Shown here in pieces: positions 17,991 through 27,300 of a DNA stretch of 32,000 bases. Every line of letters begins with the position of its first letter. Position 1 is the first letter of the stretch. Below the pieces are notes generated by a model. It saw nothing but the letters and a program-made list of their open reading frames with translations, searched no databases and was not told the DNA's origin. Origin of the DNA: Alkanindiges illinoisensis DSM 15370 (GTDB lineage Bacteria > Pseudomonadota > Gammaproteobacteria > Pseudomonadales > Moraxellaceae); assembly GCF_000619845.1 (NCBI RefSeq), contig NZ_KK211037.1, positions 1 through 32,000 of the forward strand, written 5' to 3'. The position numbers were made by a program, and so were the translations under genes.

Positions 17991-19406
17991 CTACGGCGCC
18001 AGTTCCGGCAATTGTGCACGTAGGCGCACCAGCGCTGTACGCAGTCCTTCTTCCAGTACCGGGTGGTAAAACGGCATGGCCAGTAACTGCTCGATAGTCA
18101 GGCCCTGCTGGATGGACCACGCCAGCAAATGCGCCAGATGTTCGGCATCATTGACCAGCAGTTCTGCACCCAGGAGCTTATGGCTTTGCGGACAGCCATA
18201 CAGTTGAAGGGCTCCTTCGTTTTTATCCTGAATGGTGGCGCGGCCTTGGGTGCGATACGACACTTCGGCACAGGCAAACGGAGTGTTGGCACGGGTTAAT
18301 GCCTGATGCGACTGGCCTGCCGTAGCCATTTGCGGCTGACTAAAAACAATACTCAGTCCGGTATAAGGTTCAAATGGCTTGATCTCCGGGTAATGCGCAG
18401 CGTTAATGCCGGCAATCCGGCCCGCATTGGCTGCTTCATGCTGCAGCGCTTGCGTGGTGGATACATCCCCGGCAATAAAAATGGGCAGGTTATCAAGCTG
18501 CATGGTCAGCGGATGCTGGACAGCGCCTTTGATGCCCTGATATCTGGCATCAATATTGTCCAGACCCAGCGTATTGAGACTGCTTTCACGGCCAATGGCA
18601 GCCAGCAGGTATTCGGCTTTAGCCTGCCCGCTATGCTGGTTGAGCTGGCCCGGCAGGCTGCGATGATAATGCAGTACTACCTGATCTGCCTCAAGGTACA
18701 CCTGCTCAATGCTGCTGTTATCAATATAATTAAGTTCCCGAGTGAGCAATGCAGTGGCCAGCTTGCGCAAGTCAGGATTGCTCAGGCCGCCAATATTATT
18801 GCCTTTACCCATGAGAGTCACTTCAACCCCCAGCCGGGCCAGTGCCTGTGCCAGCTCAATGCCAATTGCCCCGCTACCGACCACAATCATGCTTTTGGGC
18901 AGGGCCGGAAGGTTAAAAATGGTATCGCTGGTGAGCAGTTTGTGCTTGAGTGCCTGTTGCCATTGCGGATCAACACGCGGGATAGACCCCGTGGCAATAA
19001 TGCTGGCTTTGGTGTAAATGGTGTCCTCACCCACCTTAAGCGTGGTGGCATCGATAAAATGCGCCTTGCCCTGTTTTTTGTGCTCGGCAGGCCACTGATC
19101 GACCACAGCCTGCGCATGACCAGTAAAGTAGTCCCGCAAGTGTTGTACGCGCTGCATGACTGCTTTGGCATCAATGCGGGTTTGGTTAGCAATACCAAAT
19201 TCACTGGCATGCTGGCTGGCCTGTGCATACTTGGCCGCTTCAATTAATAACTTGCTGGGCATACAGCCCACACGCGCACAGGTGGTATCCCAGGGGCCAG
19301 CATTCACAACCAGCACATTGCTAGTCTGTTTGACCACCTGGTTGTATGCCGACTGTCCGGCAGTGCCTGCCCCAATAATGACCACATCGTAGCTATGCTG
19401 GCTCAT
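17991..19406 (-). CDS. class I pyridine nucleotide-disulfide oxidoreductase (dihydrolipoyl dehydrogenase-like)
   Basis: 471 aa. FAD motif VVIIGAGTAG, redox-active disulfide CARVGCMPSK, a second dinucleotide fold VVGSGAIGIE, and a C-terminal dimerisation region with HP..EE. Confidence 0.8.
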   Translation of the reverse strand: MSQHSYDVVIIGAGTAGQSAYNQVVKQTSNVLVVNAGPWDTTCARVGCMPSKLLIEAAKYAQASQHASEFGIANQTRIDAKAVMQRVQHLRDYFTGHAQAVVDQWPAEHKKQGKAHFIDATTLKVGEDTIYTKASIIATGSIPRVDPQWQQALKHKLLTSDTIFNLPALPKSMIVVGSGAIGIELAQALARLGVEVTLMGKGNNIGGLSNPDLRKLATALLTRELNYIDNSSIEQVYLEADQVVLHYHRSLPGQLNQHSGQAKAEYLLAAIGRESSLNTLGLDNIDARYQGIKGAVQHPLTMQLDNLPIFIAGDVSTTQALQHEAANAGRIAGINAAHYPEIKPFEPYTGLSIVFSQPQMATAGQSHQALTRANTPFACAEVSYRTQGRATIQDKNEGALQLYGCPQSHKLLGAELLVNDAEHLAHLLAWSIQQGLTIEQLLAMPFYHPVLEEGLRTALVRLRAQLPELAP

Positions 19407-19674
19407 GCGCGTGTTATTCCTGAAAAGCTGAGAATCATGCGGGTAATATAGCGAACAATACCCGTTCTGGCAGGTTTCACCGGCAAAAATTAATAAAAGC
19501 TAAACATTGGAAGCCAATGAAACAACAGAGTTTATGCTGAATACAGCAGTTTACAATGGCTTAAACAGGATGCCGGATTTCCTCTACAATCAACGCACAC
19601 ACAGCAGTTTGTTTGCTGCTTAAAAAACGCTATGCTGTGCTACTGAGTAAACACCGTGCTATCAAGGACCGCAA

Positions 19675-21117
19675 ATGAGCCAGCCATTTCAACTTAAAGC
19701 CCAGTATCCCCTGTATCTGGCTAACCAGCCCGTCGAAACGACATCATGGCTGGAGGTGACTGACAAATTTAGCGGCAAGGTGGCAAGCCGTGTGGCACAG
19801 GCCGATACCCAGACCTTAGATCAGGCGATAGCTGCAGCAGTCAATGCCGAGCAGGCCATGGCTGCATTAAAGCCTTATCAAAAACAAAAAATCCTGCAAC
19901 ATTGTGTGCAGCGCTTTAAAGAACGCAGTGATGAGCTGGCGCAGATTCTGGTGATTGAAGGCGGCAAGCCGATAGGGTCAGCCAAAGCCGAAGTTTTACG
20001 CCTGATCAGTACCTTTCAGCTGGCCGCCGATGCGGTCACGCAAATGGATCAGGGTGTGGTGATGCCACTGGCGGTGACCGAAGCCGCAGCCAGTTATCGC
20101 GGCATGGTGCAGCGTGTGCCAGTGGGTGCGGTATCCCTGATTAGCCCGTTTAATTTTCCCTTAAATTTAACTGCGCATAAAATTGCCCCAGCCATTGTGG
20201 CAGGTTGTCCGTTTGTCCTAAAGCCAGCCAGCCTGACGCCTATTAGCGCCATTATTATTGGCGAAGTGCTGGCAGAAACCGACTTGCCAGCAGGTGCATT
20301 TTCCATCATGCCGTGCCACCGCGATGCCGCTGATATCATGGTCACCGATGACCGCTTTAAGCTGCTGAGTTTTACTGGTTCGGATCAGGTGGGCTGGGAC
20401 ATGAAAGCGCGTTCTGGCCGCAAGAAAGTGGTGCTGGAGCTGGGTGGCAATGCTGCGGTGATGCTGGAAGAAGATGCCAATGTGGACAAGGCACTGGACC
20501 GCCTGATTGCGGGTAGCTTTGGGCAGGCTGGGCAGGTGTGCATTAGCGTGCAGCGTATTCTGGCCCATGAAAAAATTTATGATGAACTCAAAACCAAGTT
20601 TGTGGCACGTGCCAAAGCCTTAAAAGCGGCTAATCCGGCGTTAACTGACACGGTGGTTGGGCCAATGATCAAGGAAAAAGAAGCCGTACGGCTAAAAGGC
20701 TGGATTGATGCAGCAGTGAATGAAGGCGCAAGTTTGCTCACGGGTGGTGAAATTAGTGGGGTCATGCTGGAAGCCACCGTGCTAGAAAATGTTCATTCAG
20801 AATCCGATGTGTACCAGCATGAAGCCTTTGGCCCCGTGGTGATTCTGGAAAAATACAGTGATTTTGATGAAGGCATCGCACGGATTAACCAGAGCCGTTT
20901 TGGCTTGCAGGCCGGGGTTTATACCAACGATTTGAACAAAATGTTTAAGGCATGGGATAACCTGCATGTGGGTGGCGTGATTATCAATGACGTACCGACT
21001 TTCCGGGTGGACAACATGCCGTATGGTGGTGTCAAGGACAGTGGACTGGGCCGTGAAGGCATTCATGCGGCAGTGCTGGACATGACCGAAGAACGGGTGC
21101 TGGTGATCAAGCAGTAA
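19675..21117 (+). CDS. aldehyde dehydrogenase family protein (GapN / lactaldehyde-DH-like subgroup)
   Basis: 480 aa. Catalytic motifs LELGGNA (Glu) and GQVCISVQR (Cys). AAGGA lies 6 nt before the ATG. Confidence 0.88.
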   Translation: MSQPFQLKAQYPLYLANQPVETTSWLEVTDKFSGKVASRVAQADTQTLDQAIAAAVNAEQAMAALKPYQKQKILQHCVQRFKERSDELAQILVIEGGKPIGSAKAEVLRLISTFQLAADAVTQMDQGVVMPLAVTEAAASYRGMVQRVPVGAVSLISPFNFPLNLTAHKIAPAIVAGCPFVLKPASLTPISAIIIGEVLAETDLPAGAFSIMPCHRDAADIMVTDDRFKLLSFTGSDQVGWDMKARSGRKKVVLELGGNAAVMLEEDANVDKALDRLIAGSFGQAGQVCISVQRILAHEKIYDELKTKFVARAKALKAANPALTDTVVGPMIKEKEAVRLKGWIDAAVNEGASLLTGGEISGVMLEATVLENVHSESDVYQHEAFGPVVILEKYSDFDEGIARINQSRFGLQAGVYTNDLNKMFKAWDNLHVGGVIINDVPTFRVDNMPYGGVKDSGLGREGIHAAVLDMTEERVLVIKQ

Positions 21118-21336
21118 GCCACTTGCTGCCAGTAAATCCAACGCCATGGCAAGATGAATTGTCCTGGCGAAAAAGCCTGTTTCAGGGTGGTCATAGCACA
21201 AATCACCACTATGAGATATACGACCAAATAACGATGAACGCCCGGGGCAGTTTTTTTGCCGAGGGGCTACAGGGCAGCAATGGGGTTTTAGGTATAATTC
21301 CTCGCTTATTGATGATATCCGGCAAGGACGTTTAGC

Positions 21337-22863
21337 ATGTCACACGTGCGTGAAAACTGGTCAGCGCGCTCAGGCTTTATTTTTGCAGCCGTAGGTTCTG
21401 CAGTGGGTCTGGGCAATATCTGGCGCTTTCCTTATGTTGCCTATGAAAATGGCGGTGGTGCATTTTTGCTGCCTTACCTGATTGCACTGCTCACTGCAGG
21501 CCTGCCTTTGCTATTTCTGGATTATATTGTAGGGCACCGCTACCGGCGCTCGCCACCACTGGCCTATCAGCAAATTACCCCAAAAGCCGAATCACTGGGC
21601 TGGTGGCAGGTGATGGTATGCCTGTTTATTGGCATGTATTACGCCAGTGTGCTGGCCTGGGCAGCCAGCTATGTGTATTTTTCCTTTGGGCAAAAATGGC
21701 AGGGCAATCCCGAACAGTTTTTTATGCAGGATTACCTGCAAAGCAATGGCGGTAGCAGTTTAAGCTTTGAGATTATTCCGCATTTGTTTTTTCCGATTGT
21801 GGGCATGTGGGCGCTGGTGCTATTGATCTTGTATCTGGGGGTCAAGCGTGGGGTAGAGCTGTCCAACAAGATTTTTATTCCGCTGCTGATTGTGCTGTTT
21901 ATGATTCTGGTGGTGCAGGCGGTGCGCCTGCCGGGCGCGGTGGAAGGTTTAAATGCTTTTTTTACCCCAAACTGGCAAGCCATGACGGATTACAAGGTGT
22001 GGCTGGCCGCGTACGGACACATCTTTTTTTCCTTGTCAGTCGGCTTTGGCATCATGGTGACTTATGCCTCTTATCTGGGCAAGAAAGCCAACCTGACTGG
22101 CGCTGGGCTGGTGGTGGGACTGGCCAATTCCTCATTTGAAATTCTGGCTGGCATTGGTGTGTTTTCAGCACTGGGCTTTATGGCACATGCACAAGGTGTT
22201 CCGGTTAAGGACGTAGTGAGTGGCGGAATTGGTCTGGCCTTTATTGCCTTCCCGCAACTGATCAGTAGCCTGGGCAGTAGCGGTGACTGGTTTGGTTTCC
22301 TATTTTTTAGCTGCTTGGTGGTGGCTGGAGTAACCTCACTGGTGAGCGTGATGGAAGTGCCGATTAGTGCCTTTCAGGATAAGACCGGTTGCAGCCGGCA
22401 AAAGGCCGTGCTGGGTATTGGGGGTGGCACCGCACTGTTGTCGATCTTGTTGTTTTCTACTGCCAATGCGATTTCGCTGGTGGATATTGTTGATCACTTT
22501 ATCAACAATATTGGCATTGTACTGGGGGCCTTGCTGTCCATTACGCTGGTAACGTGGCTGATGCGCCGCAAGCTGGATGACTATACCGAACACAGCAACC
22601 AGATTTCCAGTATCAAGCTGGGCAAGCTCTGGCAGTTGCTACTGATCATCGTTACGCCCTTAAGCCTGCTGATTGCACTGGGCCTGACCATACATGAACT
22701 GCTAAACAGCGGCTATGGCAATTATCCGGGCTGGCTGGTGATGCTGTTTGGCTGGGGCAGTTTATTGTGCTGTCTGGCTGGGGCATTTTTATTGAAATAT
22801 TTGCCGCGTAGCCCGGCAGCGCCAGACGCTAAACCTGATCCACACACCGGAGAACAGTCATGA
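21337..22863 (+). CDS. sodium-dependent transporter, neurotransmitter:sodium symporter (NSS/SNF) family
   Basis: 508 aa. The hallmark N-terminus is W.SR.GFI.AA.GSAVGLGNIWRFPY...NGGGAFL. About 11-12 hydrophobic segments. Confidence 0.9.
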   Translation: MSHVRENWSARSGFIFAAVGSAVGLGNIWRFPYVAYENGGGAFLLPYLIALLTAGLPLLFLDYIVGHRYRRSPPLAYQQITPKAESLGWWQVMVCLFIGMYYASVLAWAASYVYFSFGQKWQGNPEQFFMQDYLQSNGGSSLSFEIIPHLFFPIVGMWALVLLILYLGVKRGVELSNKIFIPLLIVLFMILVVQAVRLPGAVEGLNAFFTPNWQAMTDYKVWLAAYGHIFFSLSVGFGIMVTYASYLGKKANLTGAGLVVGLANSSFEILAGIGVFSALGFMAHAQGVPVKDVVSGGIGLAFIAFPQLISSLGSSGDWFGFLFFSCLVVAGVTSLVSVMEVPISAFQDKTGCSRQKAVLGIGGGTALLSILLFSTANAISLVDIVDHFINNIGIVLGALLSITLVTWLMRRKLDDYTEHSNQISSIKLGKLWQLLLIIVTPLSLLIALGLTIHELLNSGYGNYPGWLVMLFGWGSLLCCLAGAFLLKYLPRSPAAPDAKPDPHTGEQS

Positions 22864-22961
22864 ATAGCAGCGCTGTATTTATGATGATACTGTCTATTGT
22901 GCTGCTGTGGGGTGGCTTGCTGGCGGCAATTATTCATTTAACCCGTCATCCTGATGAGTAA
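22860..22961 (+). CDS. MetS-like small single-TM subunit of the NSS transporter
   Basis: 33 codons (MNSSAVFMMILSIVLLWGGLLAAIIHLTRHPDE), below the ORF-track cutoff. Its ATG overlaps the NSS stop as ATGA. Size, position and the hydrophobic ..WGG.. core resemble the MetS family small subunits found after NSS genes. Confidence 0.6.
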   Translation: MNSSAVFMMILSIVLLWGGLLAAIIHLTRHPDE

Positions 22962-23143
22962 GCCCGTTTTTAACGGGTCAGCATAAATCAGACTGGTAGA
23001 TTATCCCCCTGATTCACCCCCAAGGCATTGTCCAGCAAAAGCAGCACAACCGGACACGTGGAGGCACGAGACACCCAGACAACACATCCCTAATCAACTG
23101 AACTTGAAGTTTTAGGCTCTCAGGTTCATGGTGACGATACAGC

Positions 23144-23971
23144 ATGTCTGGAATATATCTCATGCCTGAAATTGCAGCATCCACCTTAATCATTGCCTTT
23201 GCGGTCACACTGGCGGCCGGACTTGCCACTGTGGTTGGCAGCGGTCTGGTACTGGCCAGTAAAAAGCCCAGTCCGCGCCTGCTGGCATTTGGGCTGGCCT
23301 TTGCGGGTGGTGCGATGGTGTATGTGTCGCTGTCGGAAATCCTGAACAAATCCATTGCCGCATTTAACAATGTTTATGGTGAGCGGCTGGGTTTTACCTA
23401 TGGCACACTGGCATTTCTGGCAGGAGTCTTTGCCATTGTGCTGCTGGATCATGTGATCCCCAATCCGCATCAGGCACTGGAAACCAGCGATCCTTTATAT
23501 CAACAGCACAATACGGCTTATATCAAGCGGGTTGGCCTGCTCACGGCAGTGGCCATTACCCTGCATAATTTTCCAGAAGGACTGGCCACGTTTTTTTCCA
23601 TGTTGGACAGTCCTGGTATTGGTGCGCCGCTGGCAGCAGCCATTGCCATTCATAATATTCCTGAAGGCATTGCCATTGCCGTGCCGGTTTATTTTGCGAC
23701 CCGCAACAAATGGTATGCCGTGGGAGCAAGCCTGATTTCCGGGCTGGCCGAGCCACTGGGTGCGCTAATTGGTTATGCCTTACTGGCCCCGTATTTATCG
23801 CAAACGGTATTTGGTACGGTGTTTGGCATGATTGCCGGCGTGATGGTGTTTTTGGCACTGGATGAATTGTTGCCCGCCGCCAAGCGCTATGCACAGGGTC
23901 ATGAAACCGTGTATGGACTGGTGAGTGGCATGGCAGTATTGGCGTTGAGCCTGATTTTATTTAAATGGTAG
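23144..23971 (+). CDS. zupT: ZIP-family zinc transporter ZupT
   Basis: 275 aa. Aligns by eye to E. coli ZupT (PSPRLLAFGLAFAGG, HNFPEG, HNIPEG, DELLP). An alternative start at 23162 (MPEIAAS) is equally plausible. Confidence 0.85.
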   Translation: MSGIYLMPEIAASTLIIAFAVTLAAGLATVVGSGLVLASKKPSPRLLAFGLAFAGGAMVYVSLSEILNKSIAAFNNVYGERLGFTYGTLAFLAGVFAIVLLDHVIPNPHQALETSDPLYQQHNTAYIKRVGLLTAVAITLHNFPEGLATFFSMLDSPGIGAPLAAAIAIHNIPEGIAIAVPVYFATRNKWYAVGASLISGLAEPLGALIGYALLAPYLSQTVFGTVFGMIAGVMVFLALDELLPAAKRYAQGHETVYGLVSGMAVLALSLILFKW

Positions 23972-24058
23972 ACACGATGCTTGCCAGTTATCGCAAACAA
24001 GGCAGCGTTAGCCTCTGGCTGCTAACCCTGCCTGAAGTGTGCTTATACAAATCGGCTT

Positions 24059-24238
24059 CTAGTCAGTCTGGGTTTTATAATACCCATAAGCGCCCATAGC
24101 CATAATCATGAGTACAATTCCGTAGTGATTCCAGAAATCACGCTCACGACTGGATAACGGATAAATGGCCTGATATTTTTCCTTAACGTCTGTTTCCAGC
24201 TCGGCGACGAAAAGATCAGCCTTTTTGATGCCCATCAT
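24059..24238 (-). CDS. hypothetical 59 aa protein with C-terminal TM segment (possible gene remnant)
   Basis: The ORF MMGIKKADLFVAELETDVKEKYQAIYPLSSRERDFWNHYGIVLMIMAMGAYGYYKTQTD is just below the track cutoff. It has no convincing SD. The frame stays open a further 22 codons upstream without a start codon. Confidence 0.25.
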   Translation of the reverse strand: MMGIKKADLFVAELETDVKEKYQAIYPLSSRERDFWNHYGIVLMIMAMGAYGYYKTQTD

Positions 24239-24425
24239 TTCGCAGTTCCACGACCAGATATCGGCCCCAAAAAGGCCCCAGCTTAAACCCGTCGCCCGTA
24301 ATGATTAATTGATTAAGTTTTATGTAGCGAAAAACATTTTCCGGTTTGAAATCTGGCATTCGCCAGTTTCTGTCAGGAGTCGGCTATAATAGGCCATTCA
24401 TTAAGCATGATCCCAGAATATACCC

Positions 24426-25427
24426 GTGAAGCTGATTTTTGCCGGAACTCCCGAATTTGCCGCTACCGCATTGCAAGCCCTGATTGAAGCAGGCCATGAG
24501 ATTGTGGCGGTATACACCCAGCCGGATCGTCCTGCCGGGCGTGGCCAGAAGCTGACTCCCTCGGCAGTTAAATCACTGGCGCTGCAACATGGCTTGCCAG
24601 TGCACCAGCCCTTAAGCCTAAAAAGCAGCAGTGAGGAAGGAGTGGCAGCCCAAGCCCAGCTTAAGGACTATGCGGCAGATGTCATGGTGGTGGCAGCCTA
24701 CGGCCTAATTTTGCCCAAGGCTGTGCTGGACATTCCACGTTTTGGCTGCCTCAATATCCATGCCTCACTATTGCCACGCTGGCGTGGTGCGGCGCCAATT
24801 CACCGTGCCTTATTGGCAGGTGATGTACAAACCGGTATTACCATCATGCAAATGGATGTGGGGCTGGACACGGGCGATATGCTGTATAAAAGCAGTTGTC
24901 CGATTGCCACCACAGAAACCAGCAGCAGCCTGCATGACAAGCTGGCACAACAGGGCGGTCAGGCCATTACCACGGTTTTAGCCAGTCTGCAAACCTTGCA
25001 GGATTATCAGGCCCGGCGTGAACAGCAGGACGAAGCGCAAGCTACCTATGCGCAAAAACTGGTAAAAGCAGAAGCCCAGATTAACTGGCAACTGCCTGCG
25101 TCCGAGCTTGACCGCCAGATTCGCGCCTATCAGCCGTGGCCAGTGTCATTTTGCACGCTGTATAGTGGCAGTGAGAGTGGCAGTGGTAATGAGAATAACA
25201 GGGGCGATGCACAGGTTTTACGGATCTGGTCAGCCCGGTTGAGTGATGCACAAAGTGAGCAGCCAGCGGGCACGATCATTCAGGTAGACAAGCATGGGGT
25301 GCAGGTGGCGTGTGGCAACCGTACGGTATTACAACTCACCAGCCTGCAATGGCCGGGCGGCAAGGCGCTAAATAACGTACAAATCTTACAGGCCCAAAAA
25401 ATTCAGGCCGGGCAGGTGCTGCAATGA
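24426..25427 (+). CDS. fmt: methionyl-tRNA formyltransferase
   Basis: 333 aa, with GTG as the only start after an in-frame stop. Strong match to E. coli Fmt (IFAGTPEFA, TQPDRPAGRG, HASLLPRWRGAAPI, MQMDVGLDTGDML). Confidence 0.92.
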   Translation: MKLIFAGTPEFAATALQALIEAGHEIVAVYTQPDRPAGRGQKLTPSAVKSLALQHGLPVHQPLSLKSSSEEGVAAQAQLKDYAADVMVVAAYGLILPKAVLDIPRFGCLNIHASLLPRWRGAAPIHRALLAGDVQTGITIMQMDVGLDTGDMLYKSSCPIATTETSSSLHDKLAQQGGQAITTVLASLQTLQDYQARREQQDEAQATYAQKLVKAEAQINWQLPASELDRQIRAYQPWPVSFCTLYSGSESGSGNENNRGDAQVLRIWSARLSDAQSEQPAGTIIQVDKHGVQVACGNRTVLQLTSLQWPGGKALNNVQILQAQKIQAGQVLQ

Positions 25428-26791
25428 ATCCATTCAAACAAAACCAGCTACAAGCCAGAACAGCACTACAGCATAAAAAGCCACAGCCTAAAAAAGCACA
25501 GACTCAAATGGTACGCCTGAACCTGCGTGCCCGGGTCATTGTATTGTTGCAGCAGGTGAGTGAAGGACAGTCGCTTAACCAGATTCTGCCGCAAGCGCTG
25601 GAACAAACCCCGGTTAAGGACAAGGGTTTGTTAAACGAACTGGTGATGGGCACACTGCGCCACTGGTTTGCACTAGATGCCCAGATTCAGCCCATGCTGG
25701 CCAAGCCCTTAAGTGACAGCCGGGTACATATTGCCCTGCTGCTGGGCCTGTACCAGTTATTGCAAACCCGCATTCCGGCGCATGCCGCCATTAGTGAAAC
25801 GGTTGAAGCCATCAAGCAGCTTCGGCTGGATAAGGCCAGTGGTCTGGTCAATGCACTGTTACGCCGTGCTACCCGTGAAATGGAAAGCATTCACGCTAGT
25901 TTTACCCAGCATCATGGCTTGCCAAAATGGCTATATCAACAACTAAAAAAAGACTGGCCACAACAGGCTAATGACATTAGCCAGACCTTGCGGCAAACAG
26001 CGCCACTAACCTTGCGCATCAATAGCCGCCAGCGGTCACGCAGTGGCTATTTGCAGGCGCTTGAGCAGCAGAACATTGCGGCAACGCCCTGCCAGTTGTC
26101 CAGCGATGGGATTGTGCTACAGCAGGCGGTGCAGGTGACAGAATTGCCCGGGTTTGCTGAAGGCTGGTTTTCGGTACAGGATGAGCATGCCCAGCTTTGT
26201 GCGACTTTTTTGGGCAGTTTAAATGATCAGCGTGTGCTGGATGCCTGTGCCGCGCCGGGTGGCAAAACCGCACATCTGCTGGAAAAAAATAGTCCGGCCT
26301 TACTGGTGGCACTGGACAATGATGAAAAGCGCCTGAGCCGGGTACATGAAAACCTCAATCGTTTGCAACTGGCTGGCCCACAGGTCAACGTCATTACTGC
26401 GGATGCTGCCATATGGCAAGCGGACACCCTGTTTGACCATATCTTGCTGGATGCGCCCTGTACGGCCACAGGCGTGATTCGTCGTCACCCGGATATTCGC
26501 CTGCTACGCCAGCCTGGTGATGTACAGCAAACCGTACAGTTACAGGCAAAACTGCTGGATCACTTGTGGCAACAATTAAACGTGGGCGGTAGCTTGCTGT
26601 ATGTCACCTGTTCCATTTTAAAGCAGGAAAACCAGCAGCAAATGCTGGCATTTATGGCACGCCATCCTGATGCCCGGTTGCAGCTGCTCACTATTGAAGG
26701 CGCAATAGCACAGGAGGCCGGAATTCAATTGTTACCGCAACCGCAGGGCGGCGACGGTTTTTATTTTTGTGCTTTAAGCAAAACTGCTTGA
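25424..26791 (+). CDS. rsmB: 16S rRNA (cytosine967-C5)-methyltransferase
   Basis: 455 aa. NusB-like N-domain, SAM-binding DACAAPGGKT, and catalytic DAPC..TG and TCS motifs. Overlaps the fmt stop by 4 nt (ATGA). Confidence 0.9.
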   Translation: MNPFKQNQLQARTALQHKKPQPKKAQTQMVRLNLRARVIVLLQQVSEGQSLNQILPQALEQTPVKDKGLLNELVMGTLRHWFALDAQIQPMLAKPLSDSRVHIALLLGLYQLLQTRIPAHAAISETVEAIKQLRLDKASGLVNALLRRATREMESIHASFTQHHGLPKWLYQQLKKDWPQQANDISQTLRQTAPLTLRINSRQRSRSGYLQALEQQNIAATPCQLSSDGIVLQQAVQVTELPGFAEGWFSVQDEHAQLCATFLGSLNDQRVLDACAAPGGKTAHLLEKNSPALLVALDNDEKRLSRVHENLNRLQLAGPQVNVITADAAIWQADTLFDHILLDAPCTATGVIRRHPDIRLLRQPGDVQQTVQLQAKLLDHLWQQLNVGGSLLYVTCSILKQENQQQMLAFMARHPDARLQLLTIEGAIAQEAGIQLLPQPQGGDGFYFCALSKTA

Positions 26792-27300
26792 ATTGAAGAT
26801 AAAGGGCTACTGCGCTGTGGTCCTTTTATGCACAAATAAATTTATTTTAGGGACTGATTAACTGACAGGTCATCAGTTTTTAAGCCAGCCGATATTTAAC
26901 CCGTCAGTTAAATAAAATATAAGTTTAAAAATATCTCCTCTGCATCGCATTATCCACACCCAAAGGCCCGGTTTTTAACTCCTAAACTTAACAAGATCAC
27001 CAAAGCTATTGAAAAAGCAAAATTTTTTACTGAAAAAATTTGTTGATAAATTGATCAATCAGGCAGCATACTGCATGCTGATAGTGTAATAACAAATTTA
27101 ACCCATTTAAACAAAAAATAACGAAGCGTTACCTATCTGTTGTATTGGTTATTTTATCGTAAAAGCATGTATCCCAATTGATAAAATTAAGTGGATCAAA
27201 TAAAGTTTATCCTGACACAAATGTTGCTCGTAATTTGCAATAGTTCACATTTTTCGTGAGGCGATCTCACCACCCTTAATAAACTGGAATGAGGTAAGGC

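Noticed and set aside
18306-19247. A 313 aa plus-strand ORF, unusually long for ~50% GC
   Set aside because: It lies entirely antisense to the Lpd-like flavoprotein gene. That gene has unmistakable FAD/NAD folds and a CxxxxC redox centre. The antisense translation is low-complexity with no motifs, SD or signal. I treat it as a shadow ORF produced by the codon bias of the real gene.
22978-23143. Zur box upstream of zupT
   Set aside because: No AT-rich palindrome of the GAAATGTTATAxTATAACATTTC type is present in the 165 bp upstream region.
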